Assembly (NCBI GenBank): GCA_021821305.1
Contig: JAKACP010000001.1
Location: 196,934 to 260,933 of the forward strand
Length of the DNA stretch: 64,000 nucleotides
Reading direction: 5' to 3'
DNA from: a bacterium
Lineage (GTDB): Bacteria; Patescibacteriota; Minisyncoccia; Moranbacterales; UBA1568
Numbering within the stretch: position 1 is the first letter of the stretch; each line of letters begins with the position of its first letter. Below the pieces are notes generated by a model that worked only from the letters and a program-made list of their open reading frames with translations, was not told where the DNA came from and did not search any database. This document shows, piece after piece, positions 37,064-48,143 of the stretch. The translations under genes and the position numbers were made by a program.

Positions 37064-38851
37064 ATGAATATACGCAACATCGCCATCATCGCGCACGTCG
37101 ACCACGGGAAGACGACCCTGACGGACGGGCTTCTGAAACAGACCGGGTATGCCCAGGAAGGCTTCTCGATGGATACGAATGCGCTCGAGAAGGAGCGCGG
37201 GATCACCATTTACGCCAAGAACGCCTCGCTTCTCTGGAAGGATACGAAGATCAACATCGTGGACACGCCCGGACATGCGGATTTCGGCTCGGAAGTGGAG
37301 CGTGTGCTCCGCTCGATCGATGACGTGGTGCTCGTCGTCGACGCGCAGGAAGGTCCGATGCCGCAGACGCGGTTCGTACTCAAGAAGTCGCTCGAACTGG
37401 GCCTGAAACCGATCGTCGTCATCAACAAGATCGACAAGCCGGCCGCACGACCCGAAGAGGTCAAGGAGATGGTATTCGAGCTCTTTCTCGATCTCGGCGC
37501 CAACGACGCTCAGCTTGATTTTCCTGTGATCTACGCGATCGCACGGGACGGAATCGCGAAGAGGACGCTCGAAGAGGAGGGAAAGGACCTCTCTCCGCTC
37601 CTCGACACGGTGCTCGAGCGCGTCGAGGAAGCTCCGCATGATATGGATTCGCCGTTTCGGGCACAGCCGTTCAATCTCGGCTATGACAACTTCCTCGGCC
37701 GTCTCGCCGTCGCCCGCGTCTACGAGGGCCGAGTGAAGACGAACGAGCAGGTATGGATCAAGAGCCCGGCCGGCAAGGCCGAGACGGGGCGTATCGTCAA
37801 GATTTTCACGTTCAAGGGACTTGACCGCGAGGAAGCCACCGAGGCGACGGCGGGAGATATCGTCATGATCGCCGGGCTCCCGAACGTGGAAATCGGGGAC
37901 ACCCTGTGTGCCTCGGCGGATGCGGAGACGCTTCCCGCGATTTCGATCGACGAGCCGACCATCTCGCTTTTCTTCCTCGTCAACGACAGTCCGTTCGCCG
38001 GCCGCGAGGGCAAGTTCGTCACGAACAAACAGCTCCGTGAGCGCCTCATGAAGGAACTCGAGATCAACGTCGGTCTCCGAATCGATTTCTCGGAGACGGA
38101 CCGCTACAAGGTGTTCGGCCGCGGCGAGCTCCATATCGCGATCCTGCTCGAAAACATGCGTCGCGAGGGATATGAAGTGCAGGTGTCCCAGCCGCAGGTC
38201 ATCATAAAGGAAGAGGACGGCGTGAAAGTCGAACCGTTCGAGGAGGTGATCGTCGAATGCCCCATGGAGGTCACCGGCACGGTCATCGAGAAGATCGGGA
38301 AGCGTAAGGGAATCATGATGGAAATGAAGGAAGGCTCCGGCGGCTTCCAGCGACTCGTGTTCGAGGTCCCGACGCGCGGACTCCTCGGATACCGCAACGA
38401 ATTCATCATCGATACCAAGGGCGAGGGGACCATCTCGAGCCGCTTCGTCGGGTTCAAGCCGTACGTCGGCGAGATCTCGCATCGCGACGTCGGCTCGATG
38501 ATCTCGATGGTCCAGGGCAAAGTCGCGGCGTTCGCACTCGACAATCTCCAGACCCGCGGCACGCTCTATATCGGTCCTGCAGTGGAGGTGTACGAGGGCA
38601 TGGTCATCGGCAACGCCGTGAAGGGCGCCGATATGGCTGTCAATCCGATCAAGGGAAAGAACCTGACCAACATGCGTTCCTCCGGCGCGGATGAGGCGAT
38701 CAAGCTCACGCCGCCGTGGGAACTCTCCATCGAACGCGGACTCGAGATCATCTCGGAGGACGAGTACCTCGAGGTCACGCCGAACGCCGTACGTCTCCGC
38801 AAGAAGCTTCTCACCGAAACCGACAGGACGAAGGCGGGAAGAAAGAAGTAG
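37064..38851 (+). CDS. typA: Translational GTPase TypA/BipA
   Basis: AHVDHGKTT, DTPGHADF, GRGELH, MRREGYE and KNLTNMRSSG. Confidence 0.97.
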   Translation: MNIRNIAIIAHVDHGKTTLTDGLLKQTGYAQEGFSMDTNALEKERGITIYAKNASLLWKDTKINIVDTPGHADFGSEVERVLRSIDDVVLVVDAQEGPMPQTRFVLKKSLELGLKPIVVINKIDKPAARPEEVKEMVFELFLDLGANDAQLDFPVIYAIARDGIAKRTLEEEGKDLSPLLDTVLERVEEAPHDMDSPFRAQPFNLGYDNFLGRLAVARVYEGRVKTNEQVWIKSPAGKAETGRIVKIFTFKGLDREEATEATAGDIVMIAGLPNVEIGDTLCASADAETLPAISIDEPTISLFFLVNDSPFAGREGKFVTNKQLRERLMKELEINVGLRIDFSETDRYKVFGRGELHIAILLENMRREGYEVQVSQPQVIIKEEDGVKVEPFEEVIVECPMEVTGTVIEKIGKRKGIMMEMKEGSGGFQRLVFEVPTRGLLGYRNEFIIDTKGEGTISSRFVGFKPYVGEISHRDVGSMISMVQGKVAAFALDNLQTRGTLYIGPAVEVYEGMVIGNAVKGADMAVNPIKGKNLTNMRSSGADEAIKLTPPWELSIERGLEIISEDEYLEVTPNAVRLRKKLLTETDRTKAGRKK

Positions 38852-38856
38852 CGGAC

Positions 38857-38947
38857 GAATATCGAATGCGGAATGGCGAATGAAGAATGAAAAACCGGCC
38901 ACAGCCGGTTTTTGCTTGCTACATTCTACCCACTACCTACTACAAAC
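38857..38947. repeat. Heptamer runs flanking a bidirectional terminator
   Basis: (GAATNNN)x5, AAAAACCGGC/GCCGGTTTTT, (CTACNNN)x4. Confidence 0.7.
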
Positions 38948-40144
38948 TTATTTATACCGGAGCGCTTCCAGTGCGTCCGTCTTCGCCGCTTTCCGGGCCG
39001 GGAAAAGTCCGGTGAGGAAACCGACGAACGCACCGAACACGGTGACGGAGAGCACGAACCACAGCGGGCTATGGAACAGGTCGACTTCCTGTCCGCCGAA
39101 ATTCGTCGCGACGAGGTTGAAGAGGATGTTGATGAGCTCTCCTCCGAAAAATCCGATGCCGATGCCCACGATACTGCCGAGCAGTCCCATGAGCGTCGAC
39201 TCGACCATGAACATGAGTGATATGGAGATCGGGGCGGCGCCGATGGATTTCATGATGCCGATCTCCTCGGTGCGTTCGAGGAGGGTGATCGTCATCGTGT
39301 TGAACATGCCGATCGCGGAGACGACGAGCGCGATGACGCCGAAGAGCATGAGGACGATCTGCACGGCACTGAAGACCTTGTTCGCCTGGTCGATCGTCTC
39401 CGATATGGATGAGGCCGAGAGCGAAAGTTGTCCGACCGCATCGCGGAGCTCGGGGAGGGAGTCGGTCGACCTCCCTTTGACCTTGAGCTTGGTGGCGGCA
39501 GGCATCGGAATGCCGTCGAACGCGTCGGTGGATACGTACAGGATGTTCTCGTCACCTTCGACGACGCCGGAGATGACGAACGGTTGTTGGATCGGTATCC
39601 TGGTCTCTTCCCTGCGTCCGCTATGTCCCGTGTCCTTGGGGAGGAATATGGCGAGCGTCGCGGGCTTCCCTATGAGCTCCGCGGGTTCTTTCTGGAAGGC
39701 TTTGGCCATCCCGAGCGTTATGACGACCTCCCTCCCGTCGGAGGAAAAGTTCCGTCCGTCGGTGAACTTCAATCCCTCGAGCTTCAGGAATTCCGGCTGG
39801 GAGACGACGGTACCGGCATCGAGCGTGATACCCTCGATCTTCGTCTGCCCGCGGAGCTCGATGACCGGAATGACGGCTTCGACGAAGGGGAGCGGCGTGA
39901 GGTGATCGATGACGGTGCGGTCGAGTCGGGGCGAGGTGTCGTCGGTCCGGGTGATATCGATCGTGGAGAGCGCGTCGGAGGTGGTGATCTTCTCGAGGAG
40001 CGCGCGCTGGAGCCCGTATCCGAACGAGACGAGCAGCATGATCGCGGCGATGCCGACGCCCATGCCGAGAATGGTCAGGATCGTCCGCATGGTGCGGGCC
40101 TTGAACATGCGCAGCGAGAGTTTGAGAAGGTCTGAGAAGAGCAT
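38948..40144 (-). CDS. MacB/FtsX-family ABC permease
   Basis: RTILTILG, ERTEEIGIMKSIGA and PARKAA..EALRY. Confidence 0.92.
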   Translation of the reverse strand: MLFSDLLKLSLRMFKARTMRTILTILGMGVGIAAIMLLVSFGYGLQRALLEKITTSDALSTIDITRTDDTSPRLDRTVIDHLTPLPFVEAVIPVIELRGQTKIEGITLDAGTVVSQPEFLKLEGLKFTDGRNFSSDGREVVITLGMAKAFQKEPAELIGKPATLAIFLPKDTGHSGRREETRIPIQQPFVISGVVEGDENILYVSTDAFDGIPMPAATKLKVKGRSTDSLPELRDAVGQLSLSASSISETIDQANKVFSAVQIVLMLFGVIALVVSAIGMFNTMTITLLERTEEIGIMKSIGAAPISISLMFMVESTLMGLLGSIVGIGIGFFGGELINILFNLVATNFGGQEVDLFHSPLWFVLSVTVFGAFVGFLTGLFPARKAAKTDALEALRYK

Positions 40145-40147
40145 AGG

Positions 40148-41455
40148 TTAGCGGTATTTGAGAAGCATGATGATCTCCATTTCGCGCGAGACCTTCTCGG
40201 CGGTCTGTCGATGGAGGCCGACGCCGCCCTGTCTGACCGGTCTGTCGAGCCGTTTCATGAGTTCCAGCTGGCCGATCTTGCTTTCGACGCGCAGGAGCAG
40301 TATCGCCTGGAAGCGGAGCTCCTGGGGACTGTCGAGCTTGAGGTGGAATCTTTCCGTGAGGTATCCGGCGAGTTTGGGTATGGCCGATCCGGGGTCCGTG
40401 CTGAGCGCGTCGACTTGGGAGAGGATGCTTGCGGTGCGCTCGGCTATGGCACGCGCCCGTATCTTGTTCCAGCCGCCGCCGCCCTGCTCGTACGGCATGT
40501 CGAGGCGGTGCTCCATCTCCTCGGTGGCGATGTTCTTGAAGAGGACTTCGCGGACGAGCGCCTCGGCGATGCTCACCTGTTCCTCGTTGAGCTCGGAGAG
40601 GAGGTGGTTGAGGAGCTGTTTGGCCTTGAACGGAACGAGGAGCACGTCCACCTGCTGCGGGAGCAGGTTCTTGAACGAGGACATGAGCATCTTGAGTTCC
40701 AACGATTCCTCCGGAGGCGGGATTTCCACGATCTCGGTTTTTTTGGCCTCTACCGGTCGCTTGTCCCGCTGGATCTCTTCCTTGACGATGCGGCCGTCGC
40801 GCATGTGGATGATGCGGTCGGCGTAGGCGAGGTGTTCCGGGTTGTGTGTGACCATGACGATGGTCTGCTTGTCGACCTCGTTCAGCTCCTTGAGGATCTG
40901 GAGCACGTTCTGCGCCGATTCGCTGTCGAGGTTGCCGACCGGCTCGTCCGCGAGGATGATACCCGGCTTGTTGATGAGGGCGCGTGCGATGGCGACGCGC
41001 TGTTTCTGTCCTCCGGAGAGCTGGCTCGGGTATTTGTCCGCATGTTCGACGATGCCGAACCGGTGGAGGAGCTGAATGCCCTCGCGCCGTCGGTCGGCCA
41101 GTCTTTCTCCGCGGAAGGCCTTGGGCAGGCAGACGTTGTCGAGAACGGTGAGGGAGGGGATGAGGTAGAACGCCTGGAATATGAGTCCGATGCCGGTCTG
41201 GTGCAGCTCGAGCATGTCCGCGGGTGTCATCTTGGAGAATGCCTTGCCGTCTATGGTGACGTCGCCGTAGGTCGGCTTCTGGAGACCGGCGATCGAATAG
41301 AGCAGCGTCGATTTCCCGCAGCCGGATGGGCCGTAGATGATCACGTATTCCTTGGGGAAGATCCCGAGGTTCGTTTCCTCGAGGGCGCGCGATTCGTTGG
41401 ATTTCCCCTGATTGTAGATGACGCGGAGTTTGTCGACGGAGATGAAGGGTTCCAT
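40148..41455 (-). CDS. LolD/MacB-type ABC ATPase with long C-terminal extension
   Basis: [32 protein letters not shown] and VTH. Confidence 0.92.
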   Translation of the reverse strand: MEPFISVDKLRVIYNQGKSNESRALEETNLGIFPKEYVIIYGPSGCGKSTLLYSIAGLQKPTYGDVTIDGKAFSKMTPADMLELHQTGIGLIFQAFYLIPSLTVLDNVCLPKAFRGERLADRRREGIQLLHRFGIVEHADKYPSQLSGGQKQRVAIARALINKPGIILADEPVGNLDSESAQNVLQILKELNEVDKQTIVMVTHNPEHLAYADRIIHMRDGRIVKEEIQRDKRPVEAKKTEIVEIPPPEESLELKMLMSSFKNLLPQQVDVLLVPFKAKQLLNHLLSELNEEQVSIAEALVREVLFKNIATEEMEHRLDMPYEQGGGGWNKIRARAIAERTASILSQVDALSTDPGSAIPKLAGYLTERFHLKLDSPQELRFQAILLLRVESKIGQLELMKRLDRPVRQGGVGLHRQTAEKVSREMEIIMLLKYR

Positions 41456-41561
41456 GGTTTTTTCTTCGGGAAGCTTTTCGTATATCATACCACATATTTC
41501 TGTTGTTTTTCTTCCTTTTTCCCGATAGAATGGGAAAACGTGATAAATCACCACGATCCGT

Positions 41562-42296
41562 ATGGTCGAAAAACTCCTGCTTCTCGGATTCCGGCTCCAC
41601 TCCGTCCTCTTCACGTGGCTTTCGAGGCATATCCGGACGGTGAAAACGGTCATCCTGATCGTCGCGCATGCCAGCCTGATCGGCCTTTTCTTTCCCGAGA
41701 TGAGAACGGAGTTCGGCGAGATGTCCCTGAATATCCTCATCGTCATCCTCTTCCTGAGTCCGGCCGCGGCGATCACGCGTATGCCGCTCCTCCTCGTCAC
41801 TATGGGGTTCCGCCGGGAACTCGGTATCCTCGTGGGGTATCTTGCGATGGTGCACGGCCTCGGATACTTCATCGACCCCGTTTCGTTCGCTCTCTCGATC
41901 GCGCCCTACCTGCCCGGGGATATCCTGTCCATCGACCCGATTCTCCTTCTGGGAATCGCCGCGCTCGTTCTCCTGTTTCCGCTCCTTCTCACCTCGAATG
42001 CGTTCGCGCTCCGGACGCTCGGCGGGGTACGGTGGAAACGGCTTCATACCCTCGTCTACCCGATGTTCGTCCTCGTCGTACTGCACCGGTTCATGGCGTC
42101 GGGAGGTCTCTCGGGAGGGATGGCCGAGGTCGGCGAAGTCATACTGCTTCTCGGCGGTTATTCGCTCCTGAAGTTCCTCGCCTGGAAACCGGAGTCGTTC
42201 CTGTTCCTTCGTAGGATCCTCTCATCCATCGGCGAGCGCTATCGGCGATATCAGTTTTCAGGAGGAACGGTAAGTTCCTCACCATCATCCCTATGA
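41562..42296 (+). CDS. Ferric reductase-like TM protein (MsrQ-like)
   Basis: RRELG..H, LTSN and WKRLHTLVY..H. Confidence 0.85.
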   Translation: MVEKLLLLGFRLHSVLFTWLSRHIRTVKTVILIVAHASLIGLFFPEMRTEFGEMSLNILIVILFLSPAAAITRMPLLLVTMGFRRELGILVGYLAMVHGLGYFIDPVSFALSIAPYLPGDILSIDPILLLGIAALVLLFPLLLTSNAFALRTLGGVRWKRLHTLVYPMFVLVVLHRFMASGGLSGGMAEVGEVILLLGGYSLLKFLAWKPESFLFLRRILSSIGERYRRYQFSGGTVSSSPSSL

Positions 42297-43504
42297 ATCA
42301 TCTGAAATACGTTTTCTTCGCGGTTGTCCTCCTTTTCGGCGCGCTCCCCGTGTCGGCTGAGGATAGGGTCCAAGTGGAAGTGCTCGGCCGCGACGATTGC
42401 ACACACTGCGCGGATGAGAAGGCGTTCCTCGAGGAACTTTCACGGGAGCGGGACGACTTCTCGGTCCGGTGGTACGATATCGATCTTCCGGCCGATCGTG
42501 ATCTGTTCGATCGTGTGACGGAGAGCGAGGGGCTCTCGAAATCCACCCCGATCACGCTCGTGGGAACGACGATCATACAGGGTTTCGACAAGCCGGAAAC
42601 GACCGGTGTCCGTATCGAGGCGCTTCTCGACGAGGTCGCGGCAAGTGGAAACAACTATGGTTTCGAAGGGCTTCTGGCCGCGGGCGGAAGCGAGGGCGTC
42701 GAAAAGACGATCGGCGGAACCTGCGACGACGGAGGCGTGTGCAAGACTCCCGGCGGCGAGCCGCTCCTCGTCACGGTGCCGTTCTTCGGGACGATCGATG
42801 CCGCGGAATATTCCCTCCCGGTGCTCTCCTCGGTGCTCGGTTTCGTCGACGGTTTCAATCCGTGCGCGATGTGGGTGCTCGTCACGTTTCTTCTCGTGCT
42901 CATCCAGCTCGGGGATCGATCACGCATATGGATGGTCGCCGGACTCTTCATCCTCGCCGAGTCGATCATGTACTATCTCATCCTGAACGTCTGGTTCAGC
43001 GCCTGGGATTTCATCGGGCTCGATCGTTTCGTGACGCCGATCGTGGGCGTCGTCGCGATCGGCGGAGGACTTTTCTTCCTCTATGAGTGGCTCTACGCCG
43101 GCGGCACCTGCCAGGTGACGGATTCGCGGAAACGCGCCAAGATTTCCGGCCAGATACGCAAACTCGCGACGGAGCCGCTCACCTGGGTCACGGCCGGCGG
43201 CATCGTCGCGCTCGCGCTCTCGGTCAATGTCATCGAGTTCGCCTGTTCGATCGGCATACCGCAGGCCTTCACCAAGATCATCGAGCTCAACTCGGCCGGC
43301 TTCCTCGAGACCCAAGGATACATGCTCCTCTATATCCTCTTCTATATGATCGATGACCTCCTTGTTTTCGGTCTCGCGCTCTGGGGAGCGGGGAAACTGC
43401 AGATGACGACGACCTACGCGAAGTGGTGCAACCTCTTCGGCGGCATCCTTATGATCATACTCGGCGTTATCCTTGTCTTCGCTCCGGAGTGGCTCCGGTT
43501 CTGA
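42293..43504 (+). CDS. Glutaredoxin-like domain plus DsbD/CcdA-like TM domain
   Basis: CTHC, DGFNPCAMWVL and EFACSIGIP. Confidence 0.82.
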   Translation: MNHLKYVFFAVVLLFGALPVSAEDRVQVEVLGRDDCTHCADEKAFLEELSRERDDFSVRWYDIDLPADRDLFDRVTESEGLSKSTPITLVGTTIIQGFDKPETTGVRIEALLDEVAASGNNYGFEGLLAAGGSEGVEKTIGGTCDDGGVCKTPGGEPLLVTVPFFGTIDAAEYSLPVLSSVLGFVDGFNPCAMWVLVTFLLVLIQLGDRSRIWMVAGLFILAESIMYYLILNVWFSAWDFIGLDRFVTPIVGVVAIGGGLFFLYEWLYAGGTCQVTDSRKRAKISGQIRKLATEPLTWVTAGGIVALALSVNVIEFACSIGIPQAFTKIIELNSAGFLETQGYMLLYILFYMIDDLLVFGLALWGAGKLQMTTTYAKWCNLFGGILMIILGVILVFAPEWLRF

Positions 43505-43532
43505 AAGAAGCATTCGTTCTGTGGAAAATCGT

Positions 43533-45074
43533 ATGAGCCTCATTTCCGAATTGAAACGATGGCGGGAAACGGCGGCGGCCCGGGAGGGCGTCGAGCTGTA
43601 TCGCGTGCTGCCGAACGCGGCCCTCGAGGAGATCGCGGAAATCATGCCCAAGACGCGCGAAGAACTCCTGTCCGTAAAGGGCATCAAGGAAGCGAAATAC
43701 CGAAAATATGGCAAAGACATCCTCTCGATCGTCGCCCGGCATGGAGCGGCCGACGCAATCGGGGCCGTGATCTCCGATGACGAGGTGTCGGATGCCGCGG
43801 TACGATCAGCGGTCGAAGCCGTTGAGACCGTCCCTGATACGCTCTCCGTCTCCCAGTTTCTTGATGCGCTCAATCTCGAACTGTCGGGGATGGCGGCACG
43901 GATACGGGGCGAAGTCTCGAGCGTGGACGAGCGTGACCGCGTCGTCTATTTTTCCTTGAAGGATGCGAGCGACGAGGCGACGATCAACTGCCTCATCTTC
44001 CGTTCCGCCTATGTGCTTTCCGGTGTGCGGATCGCGGTCGGCGATGAGATCATCGTGGAGGGGTCACCCGATATCTACAAACCGAACGGGAGGCTCTCCC
44101 TCAAGGTCGGCCTCATCGAATTCGCCGGTGAAGGCGCTCTCAAGAAGGCCTACGAGGAGCTCAGGAAGAAATTGGAAACGGAAGGGTTGTTCGCGCCGGA
44201 GCGGAAGCGCGCGATCCCGGAATTCCCGGAGCACATCGCACTCCTCACCTCGCGTGACGGCGCGGCGATAGGGGATTTCATGACGAACGTCGGGCGGCAT
44301 GGCTACCGGATATCGCTCTATCCGTCGAGCGTCGAGGGAAAGCGGGCCGTGTTCGAGCTTCTCGCCGGAGTGCGCTATTTCAACGCGCATCCCGAGCGTT
44401 ACGACGCGCTCGTCATCATCCGCGGCGGCGGATCGCTCGAGAGCCTGCAGGGGTTCAACAACGAGGCGCTCGTGCGAGCGGTCGCTGATTCGAAGATCCC
44501 GGTCATCGCCGGCGTCGGGCACGAGAAGGATATCACGCTCGCGGCGCTCGTCGCCGACGCCATGGTCTCGACGCCGACCGCCGCATCCCGGCTCGTGAGG
44601 CAGTCGTGGGAGGAAGGCATGGAGCGGGTCGGAAGCGCGGAGCACGTCCTGCGATCGCGGGTGTCCGATCTCGTCATCCGTCTCCGCGAGGCGCTCGGCC
44701 GTGCGGACACCGCACTCCTCGACCGTTTCCAGGCGATGAAGGAACGGATCCGGACGATCGTCGAACGATTTCTCGCGAAGCGCGAAGCGCTCGCCTATGG
44801 GATACGCGGTGAAGCCGAGTCCGTTTCCGCCTTCGCCGGCGGGCTGAAAAAAGGAAGAGCGGCCCTCTTCGCGACGGCGAGCGACGCGCTTTTGCGGATC
44901 GAGAAACTGCTTCTCCAGTTCGACCCGACGCGCGCCCTCAATCTCGGCTACAGCCTTGTCCGGCTCGGCAACGGCAGGATCCTCCGCAAATCGACGGACG
45001 CGCGGGTCGGTGATAGACTGGACATACGGCTTTCCGAAGGAGCGATAGGCGCCGAGGTGAAAGAGGTTCTCTAA
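43533..45074 (+). CDS. xseA: Exodeoxyribonuclease VII large subunit with N-terminal HRDC domain
   Basis: HRDC-like first 70 aa, GEVS, YFSLKD, RGGGS, GVGHEKD and TPTAA. Confidence 0.93.
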   Translation: MSLISELKRWRETAAAREGVELYRVLPNAALEEIAEIMPKTREELLSVKGIKEAKYRKYGKDILSIVARHGAADAIGAVISDDEVSDAAVRSAVEAVETVPDTLSVSQFLDALNLELSGMAARIRGEVSSVDERDRVVYFSLKDASDEATINCLIFRSAYVLSGVRIAVGDEIIVEGSPDIYKPNGRLSLKVGLIEFAGEGALKKAYEELRKKLETEGLFAPERKRAIPEFPEHIALLTSRDGAAIGDFMTNVGRHGYRISLYPSSVEGKRAVFELLAGVRYFNAHPERYDALVIIRGGGSLESLQGFNNEALVRAVADSKIPVIAGVGHEKDITLAALVADAMVSTPTAASRLVRQSWEEGMERVGSAEHVLRSRVSDLVIRLREALGRADTALLDRFQAMKERIRTIVERFLAKREALAYGIRGEAESVSAFAGGLKKGRAALFATASDALLRIEKLLLQFDPTRALNLGYSLVRLGNGRILRKSTDARVGDRLDIRLSEGAIGAEVKEVL

Positions 45075-45093
45075 CGAATTAAGCATCCGTTTT

Positions 45094-45300
45094 ATGGTAG
45101 AAAAAAAGCAATCATTGTCGGAATCGATACGGAAACTCGAAGGCATCGTGGAATGGTTCGAGGGTCAGGAGGAAATCGACGTCGAAAAGGGTCTCGAGAA
45201 ATTCAAGGAGGGCGCATCGCTCGTGAAGTCCTCGCGTGCGCGCCTCAAGGAAATCGAGAACGAGTTCCGGGAAGTGGAGAAGACGCTCGACGAAGCATAG
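45094..45300 (+). CDS. xseB: Exodeoxyribonuclease VII small subunit
   Basis: LEGIV..E..FKEG..L pattern; follows xseA. Confidence 0.88.
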   Translation: MVEKKQSLSESIRKLEGIVEWFEGQEEIDVEKGLEKFKEGASLVKSSRARLKEIENEFREVEKTLDEA

Positions 45301-45304
45301 CTTC

Positions 45305-45443
45305 GAAAACACGGTTTTCAAAACACAAAAAGCCAAACAAAACACGAAGCAAATACTGAAAGCACAAACCTCGCAATCTCGAAGTTTGTGCTTTGTATTT
45401 TGTGATTTGTTTGGACTTTGTGCTCTGTGCTTTGTGTTTTTTT
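45305..45443. repeat. Heptamer-built palindromic element, family II, copy Y
   Basis: CCAAACAA at 45333 and TTGTTTGG at 45407; arms similar to copies X and Z. Confidence 0.75.
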
Positions 45444-45484
45444 GATGGTATACTGGAAGAGAAAATACACACAAACGATACCGT

Positions 45485-47191
45485 ATGCGGCATTTCTATA
45501 ATGATCTTTCCATCGTGCTCGGCGGAGCGGCGGGGCAGGGCGTACAGACCGTCGAAGCGATACTCATGGCCGTGCTCAAGCGCGAGGGCTATCAGGTCTT
45601 CGCGTGCAAGGAATACATGTCCCGTGTCCGCGGCGGATCGAACTCGACCGAAGTCCGTCTCTCGTCGAAGAAACACCGTTCCTACGTCCGACGGATCGAC
45701 TTCCTCTTCGCGATGGACGGCAATGTCGTGGCGCATCTCTCCGATCGGATGAGCGACAAGACGATCGTGTTCGGGGAACGGGAGCGGATCAAGGAGTCTC
45801 CCGACCTTCCGCACTTCGTCGACACGCCGATGACCAAATTTGCCAACGAAGTCGGCAATCCGATCTTCGCGAACACCGTCGCGGTCGGAGTCATCCTCGG
45901 TATCCTCGGGGCGGAGGAAACCGTTTTTCACGCGTATCTCCGGGAATTCTTCGCGAGAAAAGGCGAAGAGGTGGTCGAGAAGAACATCGAGGCCGCGAAA
46001 AAAGGCTTCCGTTTCGGGAAGAACATCGCCTACCAGGAGGACATCGAGATAGGCCTTCCTCGCGATGAGAAATACACGAAGGAACTGCTCATCGACGGGC
46101 ATACGGCGCTCGGTCTCGGCGCGATCGCCGGCGGCTGTGATTTCATCTCATCGTACCCGATGTCGCCGGGGACGGGCGTGCTGACGTTCCTCGCGGAGAA
46201 AGGCGGCGAGTTCGGCGTCGTCGTCGATCAGGCGGAAGACGAGATCTCGGCGATCAACATGGCGCTCGGCGCGTCCTATGCCGGTGCGCGCGCGATGGTC
46301 TCGACATCCGGCGGCGGATTCGACCTCATGCAGGAAGGCATGTCGCTCGCCGGTATCATCGAGACGCCGATCGTGGTGCATATCGGTATGCGCCCGGGAC
46401 CGGCGACCGGACTGCCCACCAAGACCGAACAGGCGGACCTCAATCTCGCTCTCTATGCCGGGCACGGGGAATTCCCGCGTGCGATATACGCGCCGGGGAC
46501 GCCGGAAGAGGGTATAGCGATGATGAGCCGGGCCTTCGATACGGCCGACCGGTATCAGATTCCGGTGTTCATGCTCTCCGACCAGTATTTCCTCGACTCG
46601 CTCTCGGGCATTTCCGAATCATCGATAGCGCTGTCGCGGCCGAAGAAGCATATCGTCGAGACGGGTGCCGACTACGCCCGCTACCGGCTGACGAAGGACG
46701 GGATATCGCCCCGTGGTATCCCCGGATGGGGGCAGGGCATCGTGAAGGTGGATTCGGACGAACATGACGAGACGGGACACATCACCGAGAGCTACGAGAT
46801 CCGCGAGAAGATGATGGAAAAACGGATGAAGCGGCTCTCCGCGATGGCGAAGGATGCCGTCATGCCGACCGAGATGGACAATTATGCCGACGCGGAAATC
46901 GCGGTGGTATCATGGGGGTCGAATCGATCCGTGCTCGATGAATCCCTCGGTGCGGTACGCAGCAAGAAGCTCGGCGGGCTTCACTTCGCCCAGGTCTACC
47001 CGATCAATCCCAAGGTCAAGGACCTGCTCAAGGGGAAGAAGATCATCGTCGTCGAGAACAACCATCGCGGGCAGTTCGCCGATCTCCTCGTCCGCGAGCT
47101 CGGGGTCAAGATTTCCAAGCGGATCCTGAAATCGACCGGGGAGCCGTTCGCCGTCGAGGAACTCGTGGACACATTCAAACAATATGCCTGA
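45485..47191 (+). CDS. 2-oxoacid:ferredoxin oxidoreductase alpha subunit (fused gamma)
   Basis: [28 protein letters not shown] and [10 protein letters not shown]. Confidence 0.93.
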   Translation: MRHFYNDLSIVLGGAAGQGVQTVEAILMAVLKREGYQVFACKEYMSRVRGGSNSTEVRLSSKKHRSYVRRIDFLFAMDGNVVAHLSDRMSDKTIVFGERERIKESPDLPHFVDTPMTKFANEVGNPIFANTVAVGVILGILGAEETVFHAYLREFFARKGEEVVEKNIEAAKKGFRFGKNIAYQEDIEIGLPRDEKYTKELLIDGHTALGLGAIAGGCDFISSYPMSPGTGVLTFLAEKGGEFGVVVDQAEDEISAINMALGASYAGARAMVSTSGGGFDLMQEGMSLAGIIETPIVVHIGMRPGPATGLPTKTEQADLNLALYAGHGEFPRAIYAPGTPEEGIAMMSRAFDTADRYQIPVFMLSDQYFLDSLSGISESSIALSRPKKHIVETGADYARYRLTKDGISPRGIPGWGQGIVKVDSDEHDETGHITESYEIREKMMEKRMKRLSAMAKDAVMPTEMDNYADAEIAVVSWGSNRSVLDESLGAVRSKKLGGLHFAQVYPINPKVKDLLKGKKIIVVENNHRGQFADLLVRELGVKISKRILKSTGEPFAVEELVDTFKQYA

Positions 47192-48047
47192 AACCGGAAA
47201 AAAGAATTTCGATATGCCGCATGGCACCGACATCGCGTGGTGCCCGGCGTGCGGGAACTTCCCGCTCTTGAACGTGGTCAAACAGACGCTCTCGGAGCTC
47301 GGACTCGATCCCAAGGACCTCGTCCTCGTGTCCGGTATCGGACAGGCCGCCAAGACGCCGCAGTACGTCAACGCGAACATGTTCAACGGGCTTCATGGCC
47401 GCGCGTTGCCGGCGGCGGTCGGAATCAAACTCGCGAACCGCAATCTGACCGTCGTGGCGGAATCGGGCGACGGTGACATGTATGGCGAAGGAGGCAATCA
47501 CCTCACCCATACGATCCGCCGCAACCCCGACATCACGAACATCGTCCACAACAACATGATCTACGGCCTGACCAAGGGGCAGGCGTCGCCGACATCCTCC
47601 CTCGGCCTGCGAAATCCGATCCAGCCGAACGGAGTCGTCGTCGATCCGTTCAATCCGATGGCGGTGGCCGTCGCGCTCGACGCGTCGTTCGTGGCACGTG
47701 CGAATATCGGGGATATTCTCCAGACAAAAGCGATCCTCAAGCAGGCGCTCGAGTGGAAGGGGTATGCGCTCGTCGACGTCTTCCAGCCCTGCGTCGTCTT
47801 CAACAAGGTGAACACCTACGAGTGGTTCAAGGAGCATACCTACTATCTCCCCGACGATTACGATCCGACCGATAGGCAGGCGGCTTTCGCCAAGGCTTGC
47901 GAGACGGAGAAGATGCCGCTCGGTATCCTCTATAAGCACGAGCGCCCGATCTATGAGGACGAACTCGGCATCAAGGCCGACACCCCGCTCTATCGCCAGG
48001 AGCTCGACACGGAAAAATTGGAGGCACTGATGAAATCGTTCGTATAA
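47184..48047 (+). CDS. 2-oxoacid:ferredoxin oxidoreductase beta subunit
   Basis: [29 protein letters not shown] and QPCVVFN. Confidence 0.93.
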   Translation: MPETGKKNFDMPHGTDIAWCPACGNFPLLNVVKQTLSELGLDPKDLVLVSGIGQAAKTPQYVNANMFNGLHGRALPAAVGIKLANRNLTVVAESGDGDMYGEGGNHLTHTIRRNPDITNIVHNNMIYGLTKGQASPTSSLGLRNPIQPNGVVVDPFNPMAVAVALDASFVARANIGDILQTKAILKQALEWKGYALVDVFQPCVVFNKVNTYEWFKEHTYYLPDDYDPTDRQAAFAKACETEKMPLGILYKHERPIYEDELGIKADTPLYRQELDTEKLEALMKSFV

Positions 48048-48081
48048 AGGCGCTGTGCCCGTACCTGGAAGAAGCATAGAG

Positions 48082-48105
48082 AAAAATCCCCGCGCGGGGA
48101 TTTTT
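48082..48105. terminator. Bidirectional terminator
   Basis: AAAAATCCCC-GCGC-GGGGATTTTT between convergent genes. Confidence 0.75.
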
Positions 48106-48143
48106 CGTTTCCGACTTCTCGAAAATCTTTTTACGGGACGGTC

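Noticed and set aside
36872-38902. Long antisense or overlapping ORFs (this one, 39621-42086, 14512-15882, 583-1803 and others)
   Set aside because: They are shadow frames of well-supported genes caused by high-GC codon bias and have no recognisable motifs.
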